This document shows positions 30,136 through 39,369 of a stretch of 64,000 nt of DNA, one piece after another. This stretch comes from Hespellia sp. Lineage in GTDB: Bacteria > Bacillota > Clostridia > Lachnospirales > Lachnospiraceae. Position 1 is the first letter of the stretch, and every line of letters starts with the position of its first letter. The notes under the pieces are model-generated. The model saw nothing but the letters and a program-made list of their open reading frames with translations. It was not told where the DNA came from and made no database searches. Both the position numbers and the translations under genes were made by a program. The stretch spans positions 37,700 to 101,699 of the forward strand of contig JAQUUC010000005.1 of assembly GCA_028694105.1 (NCBI GenBank), given 5' to 3'.

Positions 30136-31251
30136 CTAAACATATTTATTCACAATTTCTGTCATTGTGTCCCATTTTGCTTCCATATCTTCCACAAGCT
30201 TAAACTGAGTTCTGCTGCGGTCTAAGTTGTGTCCTTCTCTGTGAATCTTAAAATAATGGTCTCCCTCCAGATAGTCCGTTAAAAATCGCATGCCACATTC
30301 AAATGTCATAACCTTTGCCCCCATTGGAAGAAGTGCAGCTTCAGAAGGAAGCAGCTTCCCCTCGCAGCCTTTTAAAAACCCTTCTACATAGCATTCATAC
30401 AATTCCATGTCACACCACACCTTCGAAAGATCCTGTTCATCTTCCACTGCGGTGCTTGCACCAAAACGAATCGAATCGCCAAAATCATTGACAGCGAATC
30501 CCGGCATAACCGTATCCAGATCAATCACACAGATTGCTTTCTTCGTATAATTGTCAAACATAATGTTATTCAGCTTTGTATCATTATGTGTAACACGAAG
30601 CGGCAGTCTTCCCTCCGCATGTGCTTTAAAAAGCACCTTGGTATCTTCCACGCGGTCACGTACAAACTGAATTTCTTTTTGAACTTCTGCGGCTCTGTTA
30701 CAAACATCTGCTTCCACTGCTTTTTCAAATGTTCTATAGCGTGCCTCTGTATCATGAAAACCTGCGATTGTCTCATGCAGAGTGTCTGCGGGGTAATCGG
30801 AAAGAAGCATCTGAAAATGTCCAAAAGCCCATGCACTTTCATAAAAATCCTGCGGCGTTTTTACCTGTTCGAAACAAGTTGTTTCTTCAATAAAGAAATA
30901 CGCTCTCCAATAACTTCCAATGGAATCTTTGTAAAATGCTTTTCCGTCTTTCGCCTGAATGACATTCAATGTCTCACGGCTGGGATTTCCTCCGTTTTCC
31001 ACAATTTTTTTCTTAAGGTAGGAAGTAACTCCCAAAATATTTTCCATCACTTCTTCCGGTTTCTTGAAAATATCATCGTTCATGCGCTGCATGATTACTT
31101 TATGATTTTCCATATCCGGATGTGAAAATACCAGTAAAAATGTGTCATTGATATGTCCATTTCCATAAGGTTCTACGCTCTCAAGCTTCCCCGTAAACTG
31201 GAAATTCTCAATTGCTTCTTTTTTTTTCAAACAAGATGCCTCTCTATCCAT
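30136..31251 (-). CDS. APH/choline-kinase-fold sugar kinase, N-acetylhexosamine 1-kinase (NahK/LnpB)-like
   Basis: GNGHINDTF, QRMN..IF, FH.T..R, RVTHNDTKLNN, IDLDTVMPG, D.LEGDHYF. Start at 31251 or 31275. Confidence 0.8.
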   Translation of the reverse strand: MDREASCLKKKEAIENFQFTGKLESVEPYGNGHINDTFLLVFSHPDMENHKVIMQRMNDDIFKKPEEVMENILGVTSYLKKKIVENGGNPSRETLNVIQAKDGKAFYKDSIGSYWRAYFFIEETTCFEQVKTPQDFYESAWAFGHFQMLLSDYPADTLHETIAGFHDTEARYRTFEKAVEADVCNRAAEVQKEIQFVRDRVEDTKVLFKAHAEGRLPLRVTHNDTKLNNIMFDNYTKKAICVIDLDTVMPGFAVNDFGDSIRFGASTAVEDEQDLSKVWCDMELYECYVEGFLKGCEGKLLPSEAALLPMGAKVMTFECGMRFLTDYLEGDHYFKIHREGHNLDRSRTQFKLVEDMEAKWDTMTEIVNKYV

Positions 31252-33413
31252 TGTTTTTTCCCTTCCTGATTCCATATTTGTATTTTCACTTTTTGTTGAA
31301 CTGGAGAATCTATCTCTAATCTTGTCACCACACCGTGTTCCAATGCTGCTGACACGGTAATTCCATTTTCGCCTCGAAATCCATCAAATTTTATGATTCC
31401 TTTTTTCCACTCATCAGGAACAGCCGGAAACAATTTCATAACTCCGTCTTTCATAAAAAAGAGCATTTCCTGCAGCGCATCCGCACTGCACATATTGGCT
31501 TCCAGCGTAAATGGATGATAGGTAAAATCCGAATACCCGGAATCCGACTGATCTCCGTTAAGATGAAATCCATTCTTTCCACAAAAATGTTTCCAGAATA
31601 TTCGCAGTTGTTCTGCTGCTTTCTCCCCATCTTCTGCAATTGTATAAAGTTCTGCCATCCAGCAAAAGCTAAAGCCGACCCATTGGTTTGTTCCCAATTG
31701 CTCCAGATTACGGATGGTAGCTGTGATGATTTTTCTATCCTCTTCCTTATCCCATTCAATCAGACGAAGGGGATGAATCGCATGTGCATGTGAAAAATGC
31801 CGATGTGACTCTCGCAGCCTTTCATCACCAGAAAGCATTAGTACATCATCCTGATCAACCGCTAACGGTTTTAATTTAAGATAACAGCTTTTCCATTCCT
31901 CTAACTCCTCAAGCTGCAGTTTTTCCGCAAAACAAATCAGCCAGTGGAACAAATAATGAAGCAGTGACTGATCGTAATTTGAATTGGGAATCAAAAAAGA
32001 TGTAATCTCATCATCATGTATTTCCGGAGAGCTTGATATCGGCAAAATCAAATTCCCATTCGAATCTTCTCGTAAAATTCCCAGAATACACATTGCCGTA
32101 TCACGCAGATATGGATATGCTTTTTCTCTTAAAAAAGAATCACTTCCACTGTAGCGGTAAACATCTACAAATGACTGGCAGAGCCATATTTGATTTGTCG
32201 GGGACAGTGAGTACATAGGCCAGCCTCCGAGAGGCTGTGCATCAATTGTCATAACAGCCGGCAGACAAATACCTCCGCTCTCATAAAACTCTTCTGCAAA
32301 ATCCCGCGCTTTCGCCCGAATTTTATCATTTGCAAGATACTCTGTCAAAACAATTCCCTGTGTCATATGATTCGCTTTCAGGTAAGAATAATAGCTCATC
32401 TGTACATTCAAATCATTATGGTAATCGCCTTTCCACGGTGGAAGCTCCAATGTATCTGCCGTCCATACCCCCTGCAATGCCATTGGAACATTTCCACTCC
32501 GGGAACAGCATGCAAGAAAATAATTGCTTAAATACCAGTTTTTCTCCATGAATTTATCCGGAATATCAATACTGCTTTCACTCCAATACTGTTCCCACCA
32601 TGCAGCATGCCGCAAAACCGCTTGATCGTATTTCTCGTGTGCAGCATCCACAGCCAGCTGTATCGCATCTTCTATCCAGCTGTTGCCATTCTTCGAGGTT
32701 GCTATATGATATACCAGTTCTGTACTCCTGTTGCATGAATGTATACACACGAATACACCATAAGCGAATTCCTCACTGACTGGCTGAGTGAAATATTCTA
32801 AAATATGGTGATCGGATATTTCTTTTTGAACGTGAACAGCCCGGGGATAATGCAGATCTTTCTGTGTTCCGTGCGAAAGACTTTGTCCTTGCTCCCCGCA
32901 GCAGTCTTTGTCATTGCTATCTCCATAATCCGGATTTTTAAGTTCCCAACCGAATTCATCCGAAGGCAGATCAACAAAGATCCGTCCATAATCCGAAGCA
33001 GCATGAACAAAACTTCGAATATGAACGGCTCTGTTCTGCTTGTCACTTATCCTGATTTCTGCCTGCGCATCAGCTAATCTTAATTCCGCATGCATCTTCT
33101 CTGTTTCCCTGAACTTAAGAAACAATTTTCCAACCGGTAATTTGGTTGGCACCGGGGCATTGTACGGAGCATCAAAAACAGATCTGATTTCCTCTATGTT
33201 CTTTTCTCTTGCAAGTCTTACAAGATTTGGATAGGTGAATTCAGGTTGACTGATTCCTTTTGGGGGAGTTGTATCCCATATTGCCGACTGATCCAGACTA
33301 AACCGTAAGAAAGATGGTTTTCCCCATATCAGGCAGCCTGTTTTACCATTTCCAAGCGGCAGGGAATCCTCCCAGCGCTCTATCGCATGATCGTACTCAA
33401 TCTTATATTTCAT
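31227..33413 (-). CDS. GH95-family glycosidase (alpha-L-fucosidase/alpha-L-galactosidase-like), cytoplasmic
   Basis: W...LPLGNG, LQGVW...W.GDYH, SSSPE, HRHFSH, EML. No signal peptide. Confidence 0.8.
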   Translation of the reverse strand: MKYKIEYDHAIERWEDSLPLGNGKTGCLIWGKPSFLRFSLDQSAIWDTTPPKGISQPEFTYPNLVRLAREKNIEEIRSVFDAPYNAPVPTKLPVGKLFLKFRETEKMHAELRLADAQAEIRISDKQNRAVHIRSFVHAASDYGRIFVDLPSDEFGWELKNPDYGDSNDKDCCGEQGQSLSHGTQKDLHYPRAVHVQKEISDHHILEYFTQPVSEEFAYGVFVCIHSCNRSTELVYHIATSKNGNSWIEDAIQLAVDAAHEKYDQAVLRHAAWWEQYWSESSIDIPDKFMEKNWYLSNYFLACCSRSGNVPMALQGVWTADTLELPPWKGDYHNDLNVQMSYYSYLKANHMTQGIVLTEYLANDKIRAKARDFAEEFYESGGICLPAVMTIDAQPLGGWPMYSLSPTNQIWLCQSFVDVYRYSGSDSFLREKAYPYLRDTAMCILGILREDSNGNLILPISSSPEIHDDEITSFLIPNSNYDQSLLHYLFHWLICFAEKLQLEELEEWKSCYLKLKPLAVDQDDVLMLSGDERLRESHRHFSHAHAIHPLRLIEWDKEEDRKIITATIRNLEQLGTNQWVGFSFCWMAELYTIAEDGEKAAEQLRIFWKHFCGKNGFHLNGDQSDSGYSDFTYHPFTLEANMCSADALQEMLFFMKDGVMKLFPAVPDEWKKGIIKFDGFRGENGITVSAALEHGVVTRLEIDSPVQQKVKIQIWNQEGKKQWIERHLV

Positions 33414-35562
33414 ACCAAATAATCTGATTTGCCTCCATTTCTAATTCAAAAGCTGAGCCGTCACCTTTGTAGACCGTTGTTAATTGAGGCTCATATGTAT
33501 TGTTTACAACACAGAATTTTCCATTTTTAATATAGGCATGTACCTCTACGTTTACATTTGTTGAAAACCATTTCTTTAGATTTTCTTCCTCATGCGTACT
33601 CCACAAAATTGCCCGATATAACAGACGGCTGTTCTCAAAACTATACGGAAGTCCTCCAATATAGACCGCTCTTCCGCCGCCAAACTCATTGACAGCTAAC
33701 TGAACGCCTTTATCATCCGAAGCTAAAATCTGCGTGCCATCTAATGCGAAAATATTCTCTTTTCCTTCTCCGAAGTCAATCTCATCCTCAATATCTTCTG
33801 TTATGAAATGTGGATGTATCTCCACATTATATTTATCATATCCCAACGTGAACCCACGTTCCTCCTCTACGCCCAATACATTTGCTAATTGGAAGAAATG
33901 TCCGTTCGACTGATGGGCACTTGGTTCACCCACACCTATGATTCCACCGCCGTTATGAACAAATTTTTTGATTGCAGATGAAATAACCGGATTACACCAG
34001 TACTCTCCCCCTGAATGCGCCGTATCTGCATCTCCGACATTCATAATCACGTCAATTTCATCTAACAATTGCGGATTCTTGATTATATCTTCAAAACTAA
34101 TAAAGCTTACATCAAACGGGGCGCCCGATAATGATTCAATAATCCCAAAGTAAGAGTAATTCTGCTTATAATACAGCCCATGATGAACCATATGATTTCC
34201 CCAGGCTCTCATTTTTCCCCAGCAGTTTAACACCGCAACTCTTTTTACACAGTACGGAGTGGTTCCTTTGATGTTTTTATAGAGCACGCGGAACTCTTCA
34301 CACACAGATTCCACATAATCTATAAATTCAGGAAAATCAAGTGCCAGCTTCAAATAGCCGCCATATCCAATACGGTCAATCGGTTTTCGAAGAATTGCAC
34401 GTCTTGCAGTCACCCAGTTTGTTTTTGCCTCTTTAACCGGATCGCCTCCCACATGAAATGTATCAGGGAAGAAATAAGGCAGAAAACGTCCTTCTGTATA
34501 TTTCACACCTTTAATATCACTAATCAGACGAAGCGTGGCTCCATTTCCAACGCTTCCCACAACTGCATCCAGTCCTATCGACGAAAATTCCTCCATAAAC
34601 GGCTCTGTTCCAATCCAATGATCTCCAAGGAACATCATTGCTTCTTTCCCATGCGTATGACAGATATCAACCATTTCTTTCGCGATTTTTGCAACTTCAC
34701 GTCTCTGAAAATTCTGAAAATCCTTGTATTCTTTTGACGGAATACGATACTGATTATTGTAATATCCCTGATCAATAATATATTCCGGACGGAACTTGTA
34801 GCCGGACTCTTCTTCAAATTGCTTTAATATATACGGACTGACTGATGCCGAATATCCATACCAGTCAACATACTTCTCTCTTGCCAGTTCATCAAACACA
34901 AGGGTGAACTGGTGGAAAAATGTTGTAAACCGAAGTACATTTACATAAGGGTGCTTCTCAATAAACGTTTCAAGACGTTTCATGGTATAGGCATGTGTCT
35001 TTGGCTGCCGGACATCAAAAGTCATCTGATGCTCTACATCTTTCCATCCATTCACAACCGCATTATACATATGTACCGGATCCCATATAATGTAAGCCAG
35101 AAAACTAACCGTATAATCATGGAATGGGATTGTATGAACACTGACAACACCCGCCGGTTCATCAAAACTCCATTCTGATGCAGGCACCACTTCGCCTGTG
35201 CTCCGGTCGATCACTTCCCACCATCTTTTGATATCATCCACACAATTCGGCGTAAGCATATCCGGATATAACCCCTTCATCAAATGAATGTGGAGTTCGT
35301 CTGTCTCAGCAGTATAAAACGGAGTCATCAGATACATCTGCTGAATTTCATCCGGATTCTCACTCGCCCATTTATTATCTTTTCTTGTTGTATAGTAAGT
35401 CGAATAAACTTTTAATCCAATATTCTTCAATTCAATTGGGAAATCAGTTCCATCACAATCGCGAACCGCGTCAGCCCCCCATCGCTTCGAGAGCTCCATT
35501 GTTTCCTGAATAACATCCAAATCTGTCGGAATTGTTACACGTCCTTTATTCATAGAATACAC
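33403..35562 (-). CDS. lnpA: 1,3-beta-galactosyl-N-acetylhexosamine (GNB/LNB) phosphorylase, GH112
   Basis: GRVTIPTD, WGADAVRDCDGT, YIIWDPVHMYN, FTTFFHQF, FLGDHWIG, TEGRFLPYFFPD, DRIGYGGY. Confidence 0.95.
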   Translation of the reverse strand: MYSMNKGRVTIPTDLDVIQETMELSKRWGADAVRDCDGTDFPIELKNIGLKVYSTYYTTRKDNKWASENPDEIQQMYLMTPFYTAETDELHIHLMKGLYPDMLTPNCVDDIKRWWEVIDRSTGEVVPASEWSFDEPAGVVSVHTIPFHDYTVSFLAYIIWDPVHMYNAVVNGWKDVEHQMTFDVRQPKTHAYTMKRLETFIEKHPYVNVLRFTTFFHQFTLVFDELAREKYVDWYGYSASVSPYILKQFEEESGYKFRPEYIIDQGYYNNQYRIPSKEYKDFQNFQRREVAKIAKEMVDICHTHGKEAMMFLGDHWIGTEPFMEEFSSIGLDAVVGSVGNGATLRLISDIKGVKYTEGRFLPYFFPDTFHVGGDPVKEAKTNWVTARRAILRKPIDRIGYGGYLKLALDFPEFIDYVESVCEEFRVLYKNIKGTTPYCVKRVAVLNCWGKMRAWGNHMVHHGLYYKQNYSYFGIIESLSGAPFDVSFISFEDIIKNPQLLDEIDVIMNVGDADTAHSGGEYWCNPVISSAIKKFVHNGGGIIGVGEPSAHQSNGHFFQLANVLGVEEERGFTLGYDKYNVEIHPHFITEDIEDEIDFGEGKENIFALDGTQILASDDKGVQLAVNEFGGGRAVYIGGLPYSFENSRLLYRAILWSTHEEENLKKWFSTNVNVEVHAYIKNGKFCVVNNTYEPQLTTVYKGDGSAFELEMEANQIIWYEI

Positions 35563-35587
35563 ACCTCTTATGATTTTATTTTTGCTA

Positions 35588-35767
35588 TTATTTAAATTGC
35601 CGATTATAATTCCACAGCAGCAAAATCAGTCCGGCAATTCCAATCAATTGCATCCCCAGTCCTTTTACGCCTATATCCCTCTGACCTGCTATGACAAGCA
35701 AAACAGAGACAGCAAAGATAATCAGGTAAATGATGATCTTTATAATTTTTTTTGTTGATTCGTTCAT
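35588..35767 (-). CDS. 59-aa two-TM membrane protein (DUF6903-like), absent from the ORF track
   Basis: GGAGGA RBS. ATG at 35767, TAA at 35588. MNESTKKIIKIIIYLIIFAVSVLLVIAGQRDIGVKGLGMQLIGIAGLILLLWNYNRQFK fills the gap between the permease and lnpA. Confidence 0.8.
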   Translation of the reverse strand: MNESTKKIIKIIIYLIIFAVSVLLVIAGQRDIGVKGLGMQLIGIAGLILLLWNYNRQFK

Positions 35768-35779
35768 GTTTTCGTCCTC

Positions 35780-36673
35780 CTATCCCTTCAAACCGCCAAG
35801 AGTCATACCTTGTGTCAATTTCTTTTGAACACACATGTATAGAATCAAAGTAGGTAACATAACAATAACGAGTCCTGCATAAAGCTGACCATACTGAACT
35901 GCCGATTTCTGAGCAGCCATCAAATTCATAAGACCAACAGGTAAGGTCTTAAGTTCTGGCTTGGTTAACAATGTCATTGAAATAATATACTCATTCCAGA
36001 ATGACAAAAAATTGAACAGAATGACTGTTATCACACTGGGTTTCGCCATCGGGATCATTATTTTTACCATCGTATAGAAAAAGCCTGCTCCATCGACATA
36101 TGCTGCTTCTTCAAAATCTTTTGCGAGAGATTTGAAATAGCCAGTCAGCAGATAAATTGTAAAAGGTAATGCCGTTGCCGCATAAACAAGTGCTAAAATA
36201 AATAAGTTGTTCAAAAAGAAGGGTTCTCCCATTGTTTTTCGCAATAGCGCATCCCCATTATTCAGCATCAGGAAAATCGGAACTACAATATAATTCACAT
36301 TGATAAAAAGACCTGCCATAAACAATAAATTCAGTATTCCTCTTATTTTAAATTTAAAACGAGCCAGTACATAAGATGCCGGCAATGCGATTACAACCAG
36401 CAATACAAGTGCAAGTGCTGTAACAATCACAGAATTCAACATGTATTCTCCCATGTTTGCAGACTGCCAGGCATCCACAAAATTCTGCCAGTAAATTCCC
36501 ATTGGAATCGTCCACGGGCTTCCATAAAATTCAGAATTCTGCTTAATTGATGCTACAAATACCCATGCAACCGGAACAAGAACTGAAATTGCTAAGAGCA
36601 GAAGCACCACATAGATAAATACTTTTTCTAAAATCTGACCAGACGATTTCTGCCCATTTTTTTTATTTTTCAT
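35780..36673 (-). CDS. Carbohydrate ABC transporter permease (MalG-like)
   Basis: EAA loop EEAAYVDGA, WNEY, TLPVGL. Start set at ATG 36673 (AGGAGG RBS). Confidence 0.93.
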   Translation of the reverse strand: MKNKKNGQKSSGQILEKVFIYVVLLLLAISVLVPVAWVFVASIKQNSEFYGSPWTIPMGIYWQNFVDAWQSANMGEYMLNSVIVTALALVLLVVIALPASYVLARFKFKIRGILNLLFMAGLFINVNYIVVPIFLMLNNGDALLRKTMGEPFFLNNLFILALVYAATALPFTIYLLTGYFKSLAKDFEEAAYVDGAGFFYTMVKIMIPMAKPSVITVILFNFLSFWNEYIISMTLLTKPELKTLPVGLMNLMAAQKSAVQYGQLYAGLVIVMLPTLILYMCVQKKLTQGMTLGGLKG

Positions 36674-36683
36674 GCTTTTCCTC

Positions 36684-37580
36684 CTAAAATTCAATTTCTT
36701 CTCTTTTTGTTACCGCATTTAAAATTGCTGCCAACGCAAAAGAAAATAAGAATACCATAACGCCAATTGACATTCCGTATCCATATGATGAGTTTGTATA
36801 TGCTTCCTGATACATGTAGCTCAGGAAAACATTCGAAGCCCCATTCGGACCGCCGTTTGTCATCGCTTTTACCATAAGGAAACTCATGTTGATTGTACTA
36901 ATAATGAAAAATGTTAATGTAGTACGTATGTTCGTCCAGATTAAAGGCAGTGTAATCGAAAAGAATTGCTTCAGACGTCCGGCACCTTCTAATGCCGCCG
37001 ACTCATACAGACTTTCCGGAATATTCGCCATACTTGCCATATACATCACCATGTAATAACCAATCGCCTGCCAGATCATCGCAATTGCAATACTATAGAT
37101 TACGATGTCTTTTCCACCAAGCCAGAGAATCGGATTCTCTAACGTTCCGCCTTTAAATAATGCCAGAAATGTATTTAAAAGTCCCTGATTCGGATCATAA
37201 ATCGCACTAAAAATTGCTGAAATAACAACAACAGACAAGATATTCGGAATATAAAACACAATTCGGAAAAAATTCTGTCCTTTGATTTTTTCCCGGGATA
37301 AGATTGCCGCAAATATGATTGCTAAACTGAACGTAATGATTGTAACTACAACTATCAGGAGAATATTGTTCTGAAAAGCCTGATAGAATTTATCACTTTG
37401 AAAAAGTTTTTTAAAGTTATCTAACCCAACAAAAGTTTTGTCCGCCGTATAGCCTCCCCACTTATACATACTCATTCGAAATACATCAATCGTAGGAACT
37501 ATCATGAAAAGAATAAATAACACGACCGCCGGTGTAACACATGCAGCAATAAACCCTGTTTTTCTTTTACTATTTTTCAT
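36684..37580 (-). CDS. Carbohydrate ABC transporter permease (MalF-like)
   Basis: FVGLDNF, YESAALEGA, TNGGP. Confidence 0.93.
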   Translation of the reverse strand: MKNSKRKTGFIAACVTPAVVLFILFMIVPTIDVFRMSMYKWGGYTADKTFVGLDNFKKLFQSDKFYQAFQNNILLIVVVTIITFSLAIIFAAILSREKIKGQNFFRIVFYIPNILSVVVISAIFSAIYDPNQGLLNTFLALFKGGTLENPILWLGGKDIVIYSIAIAMIWQAIGYYMVMYMASMANIPESLYESAALEGAGRLKQFFSITLPLIWTNIRTTLTFFIISTINMSFLMVKAMTNGGPNGASNVFLSYMYQEAYTNSSYGYGMSIGVMVFLFSFALAAILNAVTKREEIEF

Positions 37581-37666
37581 ATATTCATCTCCATCTTTCG
37601 GATGAATTCATAAATGTTCTGCAGACGAAAACGCTTGCCACTGGCAGCCATTTTGTATGCTGTTAT

Positions 37667-37713
37667 GAGTAAAAGTGGCCGGTGGGAGACCCCATCGACC
37701 ACCACTCTCACTC
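37667..37713 (-). other. Intergenic stem-loop downstream of the solute-binding protein gene
   Basis: Minus strand gagtgagagtggt...gatggg-gtct-cccacc-ggccacttttactc pairs using several G.U pairs. Confidence 0.55.
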
Positions 37714-37737
37714 TTTATGAATTTGTTCCATAATTGG

Positions 37738-39072
37738 TTACTTCAATGCATTTCTTAAAGCATCACTATCTTTCTTAATCTGTTCAATCCATTCTTCTTT
37801 TGTCTCATCCCCCGACACTAACGAGTTAACTGGATCAAAGAATGTCGCACGTGTCGTAACACCTTCAACAGCATCCGTTGTAGCAAAAGCATCCATAACC
37901 GCTACCGCACCATCATCATAGATTGAATAATACAATTTGTTGTCACCGTCAAGTTTATCTGTCATTCCTTCAATCGGTTGAATAGCTCCACTGCCTGCGA
38001 AAATTTCTGCTGCTTCATCTGTATAAAGATAAGCAATGAATTCTTTTCCAAGATCCTGATTTTCTGCTGATTTTGGCATCCAGACTTGTTCAAAGAATGA
38101 ATAAGAAGCTCTTTCTCCGCCGTCTGCTACTGCAGGAAGTGCAGTGAATCCCCACTTAAATCCATCTGCGCGTGGAGCATCAGCCATTTCTCCGATCACC
38201 CAGTTACCGTTTGGCATAAACAATGCTTTATCGTCAAGAATTAACTGCTGGTTCTTTCTATAATCATTGTCATTGGCATTTGCCGGTGTTGTTGATTCTG
38301 TGTAACTGGCAAGTTTTGCAATAATATCAAATGTGGTCTGTGCTTCAGGTGTATCCCAGATGCCTTCTCCGTATTTTAATGCTTCTGTGAATTTTTCACT
38401 TCCCATGCTTTCATGAAGGAGCGCATAGAAGAACGCATCAAAGTAGCCTGCTGTCGGATATGTGAATAATGAAATACCTTCTGCTTTCGCCTTGTCTCCA
38501 AGTTCCCACATCTCATCCCATGTTGTTGGAACTGTCCAGTTTTTCTCCTCAAACAGTCCGGCATCATAGAAAAGACCACAAGGACCATAGAACATTGGCA
38601 TCAAATATGTTTTTCCATCACCATATGGATTTGTAATTGTATTATCTACAAATCCCGGTAAGATTTTATCACCAACCGTGATGTCTTCCCCCGGAACAGT
38701 GGTTGTCAGAACATCCGAAAGATCAACCATGTTGTTATCTTTTACAAATGTTTCTGTCAGTCCGGATTCAGCTCCGACCGCTCTCATGATAACATCCGGA
38801 TATTCTCCTGATTTCATTTCCGGAGTAATAATATCTTCCAGTTTTTTGTCAATTGTAAGATCAACTTTTACACCGTCGTGTGATTTTTCAAATGCTGCAC
38901 ATACCTCTTTCCACATGTCGGCACCATAAGCTGTTTCAACAGCTGCAACTTTAAGAACAGTTCCATCTTCACTTTTTGTTGAGCCAGTCTCTTTGGCCCC
39001 ACCGCCACATGCTGACAACCCTGCAACCATAGTCATTGCCAAGGCTACACTTAAAACTCGTTTCATTTTCAT
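37738..39072 (-). CDS. Carbohydrate ABC transporter solute-binding lipoprotein (probably GNB/LNB-type disaccharide)
   Basis: Lipobox LSA-C. Family-1 SBP pattern. First gene of the lnpA operon. Confidence 0.9.
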   Translation of the reverse strand: MKMKRVLSVALAMTMVAGLSACGGGAKETGSTKSEDGTVLKVAAVETAYGADMWKEVCAAFEKSHDGVKVDLTIDKKLEDIITPEMKSGEYPDVIMRAVGAESGLTETFVKDNNMVDLSDVLTTTVPGEDITVGDKILPGFVDNTITNPYGDGKTYLMPMFYGPCGLFYDAGLFEEKNWTVPTTWDEMWELGDKAKAEGISLFTYPTAGYFDAFFYALLHESMGSEKFTEALKYGEGIWDTPEAQTTFDIIAKLASYTESTTPANANDNDYRKNQQLILDDKALFMPNGNWVIGEMADAPRADGFKWGFTALPAVADGGERASYSFFEQVWMPKSAENQDLGKEFIAYLYTDEAAEIFAGSGAIQPIEGMTDKLDGDNKLYYSIYDDGAVAVMDAFATTDAVEGVTTRATFFDPVNSLVSGDETKEEWIEQIKKDSDALRNALK

Positions 39073-39121
39073 AATTTTCTCCTCCTGTCTTGCAATTATC
39101 TTTGTTCCAATTACTATCTTC

Positions 39122-39150
39122 AGTATACCCTTTCAAAAAATCATATTCAA
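39122..39150 (-). promoter_or_regulatory. SigA-type promoter of the lnp operon
   Basis: TTGAAT-17 bp-TATACT. Confidence 0.6.
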
Positions 39151-39369
39151 TGCATTTATTGCTCTAAATTTTAGAAATATTGCTTTATTTTTTCTTTTCT
39201 GTTATGATAATAATGCACAAAGATTTTTCAAGTATACTTTACTTTTTTCCATTATTTCACATTTTTCTCAATTTTTATGCATTATATGGTAGGTTTTTTA
39301 TGCATTTCGACTATTTTTTGATAATTCATTTCCAAAATGTATTTTTCTCGAAAGGAGCACGTTAAAAAA

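Noticed and set aside
31219-31227. A9 tract near the start of the kinase gene as a phase-variation switch
   Set aside because: It encodes KKK in an AT-rich gene, similar A8 runs occur elsewhere, the frame is intact, and there is no evidence of length variation.
35604-35834. 76-aa ORF from the track between permease and lnpA
   Set aside because: Wrong frame. The 59-aa ORF at 35588-35767 has the RBS and a membrane-protein pattern.
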